This document shows, piece after piece, positions 11,830-23,793 of a DNA stretch of 64,000 bases. The stretch is from Heteronotia binoei (taxonomy: Eukaryota). Each line of letters begins with the position of its first letter. The stretch's first letter is position 1. The translations under genes and the position numbers were made by a program. Below the pieces are notes generated by a model, which was not told the DNA's origin, ran no database searches, and saw only the letters and a list, made by a program, of their open reading frames with translations. The stretch lies in the NCBI RefSeq assembly GCF_032191835.1, contig NC_083231.1, forward strand, positions 57,040,001-57,104,000. The letters run 5' to 3'.

Positions 11830-12272
11830 GTACAGTGAAGAAAGGTTAAAATGCTTGGGGCTCTTTAGCTTGGAGAAACGTCGACTACGGGGTGACATGA
11901 TAGAGGTTTACAAGATTATGCATGGGATGGAGAAAGGAGAGAAAGAAGTACTTTTCTCCCTTTCTCACAATACAAGAATTCTTGGGCATTCAATGAAATT
12001 GCTGAGCAGTCAGGTTAAAACGGATAAAAGGAAGTACTTCTTCACCCAAAGGGTGATTAACATGTGGAATTCACTGCCACAGGAGGTGGTGGCAGTGGCT
12101 ACAAGCATAGCCAGCTTCAAGAGGGGATTGGATAAAAATATGGAGCAGAGATCCAGCAGTGGCTATTAGCCAGTGTATATAGATGTATATATTTTGGCCA
12201 CTGTGTGACACAGAGTGTTGGACTGGATGGGCCATTGGCCTGATCCAAAATGGCTTCTCTTATGTTCTTATG
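11830..12272 (+). mobile_element. CR1 LINE 3' fragment
   Basis: YSEERLKCLGLFSLEKRRLRGDMIEVYK...FFTQRVINMWNSLPQEVV is the CR1 ORF2 C-terminus. The 3' UTR ends gcttctcttatgttcttatg. Confidence 0.9.
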
Positions 12273-13979
12273 ATTGATCATATACATTGCAAATATAGAT
12301 TTGGAAAAGAGCAATTACTACTTCCTGTTGCTGCCACCTAACTGCACATACCCCTGGCTAAATTCTCTCACCCCTGCTGTTTCCAAGTTTTTAACCAACA
12401 AGTTTCAAATATAATCAGACTAAGCAGCCCACCAACTAGATCAAAACACAGAATCACAAAGCTAGATCTGCCAAAACAGTTTACCCAGGCCAGAGGGGTT
12501 TCTGCCAGTTCCTTGCCCACAGCAGCCTCCCGCTTGAACTCCTCCCCCCCCCCATTAAAGCGTTGCTTTTCAGGAGACTGGAGGTAGCTGCAGGGGAAGA
12601 GGAAGGTCACAGTCCTTCCATTAGCTCACTTCCTTTGTAGAGTACAGAATCTAACCCCCTGTTTTTAATGAGGTTAAATTGCAATTCAGTAATTTAGCTG
12701 CTCCATTTGAATGCCATTTGTTTTTCTGGCAATTGGCGTTTCCTGGTGTTTCCTAAGAGCAGGTGGCAATTTCTGGCAAGTCTCATTTCTCACTGCACAG
12801 GCCCCCTGTGTGGTTCCAGAGGGTCAATGTCAGCTGTGGCAGAGAAAAATCAGCTGGTGGTTGCCTGGTGTAGCGCAATGTGGAAAATGAGACTGCACCA
12901 GTTGGGCAGAGTTTGTTCCCGGCCAAACACAGATCAGGAGGAAGCAATGGACATATTTTATTTGAACTTGCCCTGGATTTCAGCAAATCAGCAGTGCAAA
13001 AAAAAGTTTCTTCTTTGGGCTGAGAGCCTTTAGCATTCCCCGTGGAGTAGTTTGACACTGTGTCAAACTGTACTCCACAGGGAATGCTAACTTTTCAGCA
13101 TTTTAAGTTGTCACTTGTCCCATGATTTCTGCTTATTATAGCTTCAGTAATACCTTAAGCATCAAAACATTGATTGTGCCATCCATTTTCACAAGCAAAA
13201 ATATATTTTATCAGAGCATGAAGTGGATTGTGAAGGTGTAGTGTCTTATAAAATATGTAGAGGGAAATGTTGCTAGGTAAGAATAAAGAGACTTTTACAG
13301 GTGAGTAAATTGACACTGATTCAGCAGCTTGACAGAGGGGAAGTGAATATAAGTAGACTCGGGGTTTAACCAGTATAGGTTAATAACCAGTATGCTTTCT
13401 TTAGGCTGACTTTAACGAAAAGTTAACCGTTATTGCTGAAGTAGTATTTCAGGGCTCTAGCTTACTTTTAAAATGCCTTTTTGGGCCAGTACCCATCACT
13501 AAATTATCCCAAATTGCTTACTTATGCAAAGCAATCCAAAGCCACATTAACCAAGATGCAATTTTCACTTTCCCTGAGATGGCATTTATATAGGAATAAT
13601 TACAACACTACAGCTTGAATTAGTGCTATAATCATGGCTCGGGTAATTATGCCAGAATACTGCAGCACTTGATTTCAAAGGAGTTTTGCAAGGTTTGTGT
13701 GCATTTGACATGTGACACAAACAAGAATAGCAGTGAGGTCAAATCTGTTTTCAATTCATATGGGTTATTTTATGGTTACAGGTTTTACTCATCAATGTAC
13801 ATGATTCTGTGGGTGACTGCTGCTAACTCTGTAAAGGTCCCTGTAAAGATTTGCTAAGAGAATTAAAATTTGGATGGTTGATTTCAAAGTCTGAGTCTTT
13901 ATAATCTCAGGAACTGATAATTAGTTATCATGCTTTTGCATAGTCCCCCACCCCCGAGAAAATCTCTGACATATGTTCC

Positions 13980-15860
13980 AACTTGATACAGGTTATAACA
14001 CAATGGAGACTCTAGAAATGCCCAGTACATGTGGTCTTTTTATGGATTATTTTAATCCAATTACTATGAGGGAATCTGACAAAATCTTGGGATCTGTGAA
14101 GGCAACCACTCTTGTCCTTCACAGTCCTTTGTACTCTTGTCCATCTTGGTTGCTAAAATCATGTAAGGATCACATTGATGAGTCCCTGGTGTCCATCATA
14201 AATCAATCACTGACTTAGCACACCTTTCCTCTATCACTATAACAGGTAGCCATCAATCCATTACTTTAAAAAAAACAATAGAGGAGAATGATATAGCCAA
14301 TTATCTTCTGGTCTTCAATTTGCCCTTCCTGGGCAAGATGATAAAGGGGTTGTAGAATAGCAGCCCCATGGCATAGAGTGGTAAAGCTTCAGTACTGCAG
14401 TCCGAGCTCTCTGCTCACAACCTGAGTTCAATCCCAGCGGAAGCTGGGTTCAGGTAGCCAACTCAGGGTTGACTCAGCCATCCATCCTTCTGGGTCGGTA
14501 AAATGAGTACCCAGCTTGCTGGGGGAAGAAGTGTAGATGACTGGGGAAGGCAATTACAAACCACCCCATAAAAAGTCTGTGAAAACGTTGCGATGCAACG
14601 TCTCCCCAGAGTCGAAAATGACTGGTGCTTGCGCAAGGGACTACCTTTACCTTTTTAGAACAACTCCAGATCATCCTGGATGACTCAACTGCTCTAGAAT
14701 CTTTCAGTCTGGCTTCAGGCCACCTATGGGATAATGCTGATGGCTTTAGCTGAATATCTCTATTTTAATATAGACAAGGGCCATACCTTTTGTTGTTGTT
14801 TTTGTATTTAACAGCAGTCTTTGATACTGTGGACCATTTTATGTTGAGGCATCTGGAAGTAGAAACAGTGTTTAAAGAATGTGCTTTGAATTGTTCCTTG
14901 TTTTAAATTGTTTCTTACGGACTCACGGTTATGTTAGAGACCAGTTGTCATCAGTGTTGGACCTGTCCTGTAGTGTTCCACAGGGCTGTCTTGTATCCCA
15001 TGCACTCTAATCTTCCTGTAAAGTTCTTAAGATAAATTATTGTTTTGGAGTAGGTTGTCATTAATTTGCTGACAACACCTATCTTTGTATTAGTGTATCG
15101 AAATTGCCAGATGATTAGAGCCACTGTTTGACTGCTGATTTTAAATAGCTGAGGATGAAACATTAAAACTGAATTTTAACAAGACTGCTGGTTGTAAAGC
15201 AGAGGTCTTGACATTGTACTTCCAACATCTGATAGGGTCTAGCTGACATTGGGATTATATTTGACCAACAGTGTTATTACTGGAGAAGGAAGTTAATATA
15301 GCTACAGAAGATGCTTTATTCCATCTTTATTTAGCCAGGACAATGGCTCTGTACCCTGACTTGGTCTATCTGGGCACATGGATCCATGCCACTGCAATCT
15401 CAAAGACGACTAGAACAAAGTAGGAGTCGAGTAGTGCTTTTAAGACCAACAGTTTTATTCAGAATGTAAACTTTCATATGCATGCATACTTTTTTCAGGC
15501 CGAGGGCTGCCCACCTGGATCTATCAAAGACTACTAAAATGCATTCTACATTGTTCTGCCCTCAAAGCCCAATTGGAAACTCAATTGCTAGGCAGAGCAT
15601 GCATACCACACCCATCATGTAGTCACTCCATTGGTTACTAATCAATTAAAATGTTAAATTCAAGGTACTGGTCATCAAGCCTTAATGGTCTTGAACCCAC
15701 ATACCTGCAGGACTGTCTCTCCTACTATGCATGAGCTTTGCACATCTGGGCAAAGCCTTCTGTAGGTGCCACCCTATAAATGGTAAGATTGGCAATAGCT
15801 GTACATGTGCATTTTCTGATGTGACTCTCACCTTATAGAATGGCCTTATCTGGGCTTGTC
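13980..15860 (+). mobile_element. Old, fragmented L2 LINE
   Basis: Degenerate RT pieces tcagtctggcttcaggcc (QSGFRP), gcagtctttgatactgtggaccat (FDTVDH), gctgacaacacc and a C-terminal acatacctgcaggactgtctctcc. Interrupted by a Sauria SINE and a Penelope-type terminal repeat (~15413-15500). Confidence 0.6.
14359..14656 (+). mobile_element. Sauria SINE
   Basis: tRNA-like head (A box tggcatagagtgg, B box gagttcaatccc), typical body, and an acctttaccttttt tail. Confidence 0.85.
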
Positions 15861-15976
15861 TCCATTATCAGATATTGGGCATTATCAGATGTTAATACCA
15901 GTCCATGTTAGGGTTGCCAATCCCCAGGTGGGATGAAAATACACAATAGGTTACACAGAGAAATGAAATTGCAACT

Positions 15977-16252
15977 AAATGAAACAAACCACTCTGTGGA
16001 AAATGCTATTACAAAATATAATTCATACAAAGAAAAGAGTGCATTTCAGCAACCTCATAATTTTACATATTGCATGTGCATATTTATGCACCATTGTGCA
16101 AATATTTCAAATATACACCATTGTGCAAATAGTTCAAAACATAAGTCCAGAAAAGAGCTCCAACGGACTGCTAGCAGAGTAAAGCCCGTTTTGGACTATT
16201 ATATGAATTATATTTTGTAATAGCATTTTTCACAGAGTAGTTTGTTTCATTT
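15977..16252. repeat. 51-bp inverted repeat (15977-16027 / 16202-16252)
   Basis: Two mismatches in 51 bp. The spacer contains a tandem caccattgtgcaaata. Confidence 0.85.
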
Positions 16253-17055
16253 GGCTGCAATCCCCAGGTAGGGGTAGGCAATCCCCCAGTTTGGAGACCC
16301 TCCCCCCACTTCAGGATCATTAGAAAGTGGGGGGGGGGATGTCTGCTGGGCAGATTAATTACCTGTTCTCAGTGGCAAAGGAATCTCCTGGCAATTGAGA
16401 AAAGTCCAGCCGCTGTTTTTCCTTCGAGGGAGCAATCCCTCCTGCACTGAAAGAGAGCGCCTGAATAGCCTCACACCAGAGGCACGCGTTCGCGCCCTTT
16501 CATCTTCCAGCCTCCTCCCAGCTCGGCAGGCGTGCCTGGGGCTGCGGACCGATCTTCCCCTTCAGCTCCCAGCAAAGGCACCTCGGCAACCCCGGGGGCC
16601 TGCGGAGCAGCAAATCGATGGGAAGGCTCAGAGAGGAGCCGGACAAAGGGAGAGGACTCGTGAGTTTCACGCTGCCCTCCCGAAGCACCGCAGACAGCGC
16701 GATCGGTGTGATAGTTCCTGGAAGGGAACACGAAGCTGCGGTAAGCCTTGCAAAAGGGGGGGGACCCTCTGGAGGGTCCCTAGGGGGAGAAGAGGTCTTT
16801 AGACCTTACCCAAGCCCCTTGTTTTTCCCGCGGCTCGAGCTGACGGGGTTGAAGGTCTCTGGGTTTCAGACGTCTTTTTCTCAGCCTCCTCCCCCCCACC
16901 CCACCCCTCACTCCCTTCTTTCCTGTTTACTCCTGCATTCAGGAGGGGTGGCCCTATCTGATATGGCCCCTGGGAAAGGGAGTTAAAACCAGGTTAATGC
17001 TGGTGGGGGGGGAGGGTTTTTTTGGCGGGAATGGAAGCCATTTTGCATATGCTTC

Positions 17056-18444
17056 TTGTGTTCTATAGGGCCACTCATTCTAAGATGGCCGCCTCCACCA
17101 GATTTCCCATGGGAGCAATGTTGGAGGAGGGAACATGTGAGTTGGAGTTGGCTGATTCCCCACCACAGGAAGAGGGGACAGAAGATCATCAGACTGATAG
17201 CAGATGAAGCTAAGTCTAATCTTCTTTCTTGGATTCAAGAGCTGGTCAAAAAAGAGGTTCAGACAGCCTCTGCGGCCACCCCAACTCCTTCACTTAAGAG
17301 GGCAGCCAAACAAAAACACAGAGAGGTAGATAAAGAAAAGGAAAGTTTTCCCATAAGGCCTCCCAAGCGCAGTAGGTTTGAGTTGCATCCCGTGTCCTCT
17401 GATCAAGAAGAAGAGGACTCTGACTTGTCTGATGGCTCTTTGTCACCAGATACTGGGGAACTCTCTGAGGAAGAGGAGGGGGCAGCCTCTGCTCACTCCA
17501 AACTGTTTCCTGCAGACATGTATCCGTGTTTACTCCCAAAAGTTATTAGAACTTTACAGATACAGTATACTCCAAAATCTAAGGATGAGGAGGATGCTGA
17601 GTTCCCTGCAGCAATAGAGGATATCATTCCCAAGTCAGGTTCAAAACCTCTACAGGTTCCTTTGCCCTCTGGGTTCTTCTCTATAATCAGATCTGAGTGG
17701 GAACATCCAGCCAAGCCTAAGGCGGTTTCGTCAAATTTTTCTAAGTTCTTCTCCTTCATCCCAGAGGCGACGAGGAGGCTGAAGCTACCAGTGGTAGACG
17801 ACCCTGTCAACAGTTTGGCCTCTAACTCCATACTGCCTATGGATACAGATGGGATGCCAAGGGATCCAACAGACAAGCATATAGAGCAGGCTTTACGTTG
17901 TGATTTTGAAGCTTCTGCTAGTTTCTTAAAAGTGTCAGCTACCACGTCTCTCTTCTGTAGGGCTTCATACATGTGGTTCTCTGATCTAGCTAAGAGGGAG
18001 GATCTGCCTAAGGATGTTAAGGACTCACTTAAGAGAATTACGCTAGCCACTGCCTTTGCATCAGACTCTACCCTTGAAGCAGTTCAACTATCTGCTAGTG
18101 TGTCGGCTAGAAGGAATACCTGGCTACGTAATTGGGATGCGGACCCCTCAGCTAGAGCTAAAGTGGCTGCGGTTCCCTTTAAAGGGGCCTCACTCTTTGG
18201 GGAGGGCCTAGCTAGATACCTCATAGAGGACAGGAATAAGAAAAAAGTACTACCCTCCAAGAGACTTGATAACAGAACAAGACAACGATTTCAGTCCTTT
18301 TGTGGGAATCGGAGAGACTCAAGTCAAACCCCCTTCAAGCAATACAGAACAAAGTGGCAACCAAAGACCAGAGACGGCAGAGCTTCCTTCGGTGGAAAAC
18401 AAAGTCAACCCATTAAAGGACAGAAGAAGACTACATCAGCATGA
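17056..18444 (+). CDS. DIRS ORF1 (gag-like, LAP2alpha-like domain)
   Basis: 462-aa ORF overlapping the RT ORF in another frame, as is typical for DIRS. Contains an acidic/Ser-rich segment followed by LPVVDDPV...PRDPTDKHIEQAL...RRNTWLRNW...PFKGASLFGEGL, characteristic of vertebrate DIRS gag. Confidence 0.8.
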   Translation: MCSIGPLILRWPPPPDFPWEQCWRREHVSWSWLIPHHRKRGQKIIRLIADEAKSNLLSWIQELVKKEVQTASAATPTPSLKRAAKQKHREVDKEKESFPIRPPKRSRFELHPVSSDQEEEDSDLSDGSLSPDTGELSEEEEGAASAHSKLFPADMYPCLLPKVIRTLQIQYTPKSKDEEDAEFPAAIEDIIPKSGSKPLQVPLPSGFFSIIRSEWEHPAKPKAVSSNFSKFFSFIPEATRRLKLPVVDDPVNSLASNSILPMDTDGMPRDPTDKHIEQALRCDFEASASFLKVSATTSLFCRASYMWFSDLAKREDLPKDVKDSLKRITLATAFASDSTLEAVQLSASVSARRNTWLRNWDADPSARAKVAAVPFKGASLFGEGLARYLIEDRNKKKVLPSKRLDNRTRQRFQSFCGNRRDSSQTPFKQYRTKWQPKTRDGRASFGGKQSQPIKGQKKTTSA

Positions 18445-19942
18445 CTGGGCGGGTCCATTGGACCTAAGTCGGATAGGGGGACAGCTTCAGAGATTCTCCC
18501 ACATGTGGCATCAAATGATCTCAGACAGATGGGTGTTGGACACAGTTACCAACGGTTACTCCCTGGAATTTTATTCACCTCCACGATACCGTTTCCTGGA
18601 AGTACAGAGAGCTCAGTCTCTAGAGAAACATCATATCTTGCTGATGGCCATCGACCATCTGATTCAGATAGGAGCCATAGAACCGGTCCCAGAGTTGGAA
18701 AAATTTCAAGGCACATATTCAGTCTTCTTTGTAGTTCCCAAAAAGAACGGAGACGTTCGGGCGATATTGGATTTGAAGTGGGTGAAGAAGTCGGTAGTTA
18801 CAAAGAAGTTTCGGATGGAGACTCTGAGATCCATACTACTGGCTGTCCAACAGGGAGACTTCATGGCCTCCATAGATCTGTCAGAAGCCTACCTTCATAT
18901 CCCTATTGCCAAGGGCCATCGCAGGTTTCTTCGCTTCTCCTACGACGGGTGTCATTACCAGTACAGAGCCCTGCCCTTTGGCTTAAAGTCTTCGCCAAGA
19001 ATGTTCACAAAAGTCTTAGTCACCCTTGTGGCGCTCCTCCGGTTACAAGGGATTTCTCTGTTTCCGTATCTGGACGACATTCTGGTCAAGGCCCTGTCGG
19101 CGGAGCAAATGAAACAAGACCTAGATCTGACCATAAGGACCCTCAGATCCCATGGGTTCGTGATAAACATTCAGAAGAGCTGGCTTCAACCTTCCCAGTC
19201 TCTGACACATCTAGGGGTTCAGATCAACTCCAGCTTGGACAGGGTTTTTCTGACCCCAGAAAGGCAGTCAAAGATCTTGCAGCTGATGTTGGAAGTCCAG
19301 CAACGGAAGCGAGTCAAGTTGATGCTGCTGGAAAAGTTGCTGAGAATGATGGTTTCGTGCTAGGATATAGTTCAGTGGGCACGGTTCCACACGAGACCTC
19401 TCCAGAAGTTCCTTTTACCTTTCCAGAAGCAGATAAGTACCAAAAGCCCAATTTCACTGACATTACCAGCCAATCTGTTAAAAGATCTTGAATGGTGGCA
19501 AACTACCGATCGCTTTTCCTTGGGACAGGAATTGCGGGAGCCCAAAAGGGTGGTGGTGACCACGGATGCCAGCCTTTTTGGCTGGGGAGCTCACATGACC
19601 GGAGCCGTAGCGCAGGGTCAGTGGAATGTCCGGGAGGCCGAAGAAAGTATAAATCTTTTGGAATTGAGAGCCATACGACTGGCCATGCTTCAGATGGAAA
19701 AAAAGAGTGATGGGGACTCATGTACTGATTCAGACAGACAATATGACGGCAAAGGCCTATGTGAATCGTTAAGGAGGCACCAGGTACCGGAAGCTTCAAG
19801 TCGAAGCACAGGTCCTGTTCACATGGGCGGAAGTTCATCTTCAGTCCATCAAGGCCGTCCATGTGGCAGGAAAGGACAACGTGGTAGTGGACTGGCTGAG
19901 TCGGCAATCACTGGACCAGTCGGAATGGGCTCTTTATCGTGA
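18266..19942 (+). pseudogene. DIRS RT-RNase H, disrupted
   Basis: RT motifs FVVPKKNG, ILDLK, SIDLSEAYLHIPI, LPFGL and PYLDD. In-frame TAG at 19361-19363, then RNase H VTTDASLFGWGAH and INLLELRAI in the same frame, then a frameshift. Confidence 0.88.
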
Positions 19943-20240
19943 GACGTTTCGAAACATTTGTCAAAGATTCGGGATGCCAGAAGTGGATCTTTTTGCCTCG
20001 GACGACAATCACCAAGTGGCTCAGTATTTGTCAAGGACAAGAAGCAGAGGAGCGGCAGCTGTCGACGCCCTGAACTCAAACTGGCCAAGGGCTCTATTGT
20101 ACGCCTTTCCTCCGGTCCAGATCATCCAGAGATTTCTGCAGAGGGTCCGGGAACAGAAAGCGGAAGTGATTGTGGTGGCCCCCTTTTGGCCCAGGAGAGC
20201 CTGGTTCCAGGAACTTCAAAGCCTGTCGATAGGAATCTTC
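19863..20240 (+). pseudogene. DIRS DNA N6-adenine methyltransferase-like (MT) domain
   Basis: GKDNVVVDWLSR...EW.L...VDLFAS...DAL...W...LYAFPP...VAPFWPRRAWF, the standard DIRS MT motif set. The frame breaks afterwards. Confidence 0.8.
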
Positions 20241-20289
20241 TGTCCTAAGGCGAACTGCATCATCCACGACCAGAAATGCTGCAGCTGTT

Positions 20290-21322
20290 TGGAGATTGAG
20301 CGGCTGCAGTTGCTTAGTCTAGGTTATTCTTCTAAGGTAGTAGACACTATGTTGTCTTCAAGGAAGAGCTCCACTAACAGGAGCTATAATGTTACCTGGC
20401 AGGTTTTTCATACCTGGTGTGCAAGTAAGGGCCTCAGTTTCTGTTATCCTTTCTTTTCTACAGGAGGGGCTAGAAAAAGGCCTTAGCACTAGTACGCTGC
20501 GTAGACAAGTGGCAGCCATAGCAGCGGTTAGAGGGTCCAGAAAGGGCAAGCTTATTTCCGCACACCCGCATATCAGGAGGTTTCTAAAGGGGGTGGGTTT
20601 GGTTAATCCACCGCAGGTGCATAGGTTCCCCTCTTGGAATCTAAACATGGTGCTGAAGGCGCTGTGCGGCAAGCCTTTTGAGCCTATGGCATTGTGTAGC
20701 CTTAAGTTGCTGGCCTTTAAGGTGGCGTTCTTGGTGGGCATCACATCGGTGCGCAGAGTGTCAGAGCTTCAGGCTCTGTTGATACATCTGCGTTTTCAAT
20801 CAGGACAAAGTAGTGCTTCGCACTGATCCAGCATTCATTCCGAAGGTGAACTCACGGTTTCATAGGGTGGAAGACATTGTGCTTCCTTCTTTCTGCCCTA
20901 ATCCAGTTCACGAGACAGAGAAGTTATGGCACTGTTTGGATGTCCGTAGAGCCCTTAGTTTCTATCTGGACAGGACCAAAGGGTTTCGTCAATCTGACTC
21001 TTTGTTTGTTTCCTTTAGGGTTTCAAACCATGGACGCAAGGTATCAGCCTCCACCATTAGTAGGTGGATTAGGGGGTGCATTTGGGAAGCTTACAAGGTA
21101 AAAGACCTGGAGCCACCGGTCGGGGTGACAGCTCACTCCCTCAGGGGAACAGCCACTTCAGCGGCCTATAGGGCTTTTCCTTCTCTGGAGGTAGTGTGTA
21201 AAGCGGCAACTTGGAAGTCGGGTCACTCCTTCACTAAGCACTACAGGATTGATAAGGCGGCCTCGGCTGAGGCTGCATTTGGTAGGAAGGTACTCCATCA
21301 CATGGTCTTGGGACAAAGCTGA
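20290..21322 (+). pseudogene. DIRS tyrosine recombinase, frameshifted into three pieces
   Basis: RKSSTNRSYNVTWQVFHTWC / SFLQEGLEKGLSTSTLRRQVAAI...ITSVRRVSEL / LDVRRAL...HSLR...TWKS...KHY. Confidence 0.85.
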
Positions 21323-23793
21323 AGTGCCCACCCAGGGACTCGGCTTTTTTATGTCCCAAGAGTGAGGACTGGCCCACTCCTGGGACCACTGGAGAACGGA
21401 AGATTCTGTTCACTTACCGTGAAGTCTTCCTTCTCTGTGGTCCCGGAGTGGTCCAGTCCTACCCACCCAGTTGTGTCGGGGGGAGTATCAGCTTTGTCCT
21501 GGGACTTCGGAGTTGGAGGTGGACACTGTGTTTTGGGTTCCTGGGTCCCTCGCTAGAGCCCCTTGAGTAAGGGTTCAGGATAAGCTCTGGAGGGAGGGGA
21601 CTGTTCTGTTTTTCCCCAGAGAGGTTTTCTCCTGTTCTTGGAGTTATTACTAGGGAGGTAGGATAGCTGGCAGAAGAACTGACTCCTCCCCTTCGGGTCA
21701 AGTTTGTTAAGCCCTGCAATAGAAGGGGGAGCTATGATCCCAAGAGTGAGGACTGGACCACTCCGGGACCACAGAGAAGGAAGACTTCACGGTAAGTGAA
21801 CAGAATCTTCCGTTTTCCACAGCTGATCTCCTCTCCCTCAAGAGAAAAAGCCTCAGCTTCTTTTTTTCTTGGAGTTCACCTCCCCTCTTGTCCTGTTGTT
21901 AGGCAACCACTCAGTCTGTCTCTGTTTCAAAATCTCCATCTAGAGGGCAGTGTTTCCAGACCAAGACAGGCCACAAACCTAACAATCCTATCATCATAGA
22001 TCATAATTCTCTTGTGGGGTGGCCAAATTGAGCTCTCCCATTTGCTTAGGGGTGCATTCCAGGCACTCCATAACCCATTGGGCCATCACAGCTCAGTCAG
22101 TGTCTCTGGCCTCCCATTGGCTGACTCCCCTGCCCCCGCCTTACTTGCAGACCCTGGGAATGTTGAACAAACCAGTCTTACATCAGAGACAGACACATCT
22201 CCAACACTTCTCTGTGTTCTCTCTATCAGAGACCACAGCAGCCACCTCTTTCCTGTCACTGGGGAAACTGCTAGCCTGAGTCTGTTGCTAGGCAATCACT
22301 GTTGGCTCTGTCAGTAAAGGGAGAGGACTTTACTACCACAGAGTCCCACCCTCCAAAGCAGTTATTTTACACAGGGAGAGAGATTTGTCTGGAGTTCAGT
22401 AGGAGATCTTCAGGCACCACCTGGAGGTTGGCTACCCAAGGCCTGGCTGCGTGCTACTGTTCAGCAGCAGCCCCCATCTGGCAGACAGTGTAGCATAGGG
22501 CTTCAGAGCAGGGTCTGCCGGCCTCAGGTTCTTGCTGAGGAAGCTGACTGGGTGGTTTTGGACGGGTCACAGACTTTCAGCCTAACCTACCACACAGGGT
22601 GGTTGTTGTACATATCAAAAACACACATGCGGGTGGGGGGGAGCCAGCATCTTAGCTGTGGGGTAGGTGGGAAGACGACAAAGGTAGGTGGGTGTGTGAA
22701 TGTCATGGATGGGGGGTAGTGGTATGCCAAGGGTGTGGAGGTAGTTGAGGGGAAGAGGTGGTTGGGTGGGTAGTATTAGGACAGGAGTGGGGGTGGAAGG
22801 GTGGGGGGAGTGAATGTCTTGACTTGGGTGGGTGGATGGAAAAACAGCAAGGGTTGGGGGGGGGCACTCACCCAGATCCTCTTTCTAGACCCTGTTGTAT
22901 TTTTCTTCACAATGGGCCTTATTCTTAGTAAATAAATATTTTTTCAAGCCTTGAACATATAAAACTGACCAATGCCAATGCTTGAGACAAAAATCCTTGC
23001 TTTGGTTTTCTCTCATTGGGAAGCGACCATTGCACATGCATGAGTAGACATGTGACTTTGGGCCTTTAATAAGGCAGCTGGTACAGATAGTATACAATGC
23101 ACTTAAGAGAAGAGCTTATACATCAATAAGTAAACATATAAGTCAATACAGAGTAGAATTGATATACCTGAAGGCACTATTCATCTGAATGCTTAGAATG
23201 TTTCTTAAAGCTCTCAGAAAATTAATAAGAAAAAATTCCACACAGACGTGAAAATATTCACCTGCAATGACTGGCTGAATCATGGCATTTTTGTATTTTA
23301 TCATATCTATAAACTGAACTATTGATCCAAGATTCAATTTAGATGTTATTGTCTTGATCCAAAAATCTCCTATGACATGCAGTACATGGAAGGCAGGATG
23401 TGTGCTGACCAGAGACCGTATATTCTTTTAGGTTTTGTTGATTCCCAAGCTGTTTTATCATCATTTTAGAATGCCAGTTTATTTGCTTTTATTACCCCTT
23501 TCAAAAAATTTAATATTTTATTGATTTTTAAAAATTGTTTTTACTTGTATATTGGTTTAATGCCTTGAACATGTCTAGAGAAGCGGCATACACATCTGCT
23601 AAATAAATACCTCAGTCTTTTGACCAAGGTACTGAGTAAATGTTTTCTGACCCTCCTAGGGGACAGTATGGTTAGAGAATGGAAGAATGGTATCATAGTT
23701 ATTCTAGTTGAATCTTTCCTCCATAACGACGTTACTGCTTTACAGTACTATCCCAATAACACTTTCCTGGGAGTCAGCCCCAATGAATAGACC

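Larger units (their letters stand above)
16365..21814 (+). mobile_element. DIRS1-type retrotransposon, second family, near full length but decayed; left ITR largely missing
   Basis: Domain order gag, RT, RNase H, MT, YR, ICR, right ITR. 21395-21460 is the exact 66-bp reverse complement of 21749-21814. The left boundary is inferred from GTTCTCAGTGG at 16365, which resembles the ICR-predicted left end GTTCTCCAGTGG. Confidence 0.88.

Noticed and set aside
18505-19491. 328-aa ORF overlapping the DIRS RT in another frame
   Set aside because: No recognisable motifs, and long alternative frames are common in GC-rich DIRS pol regions. It could be a remnant of the upstream-overlapping ORF seen in some DIRS, but I cannot support that.
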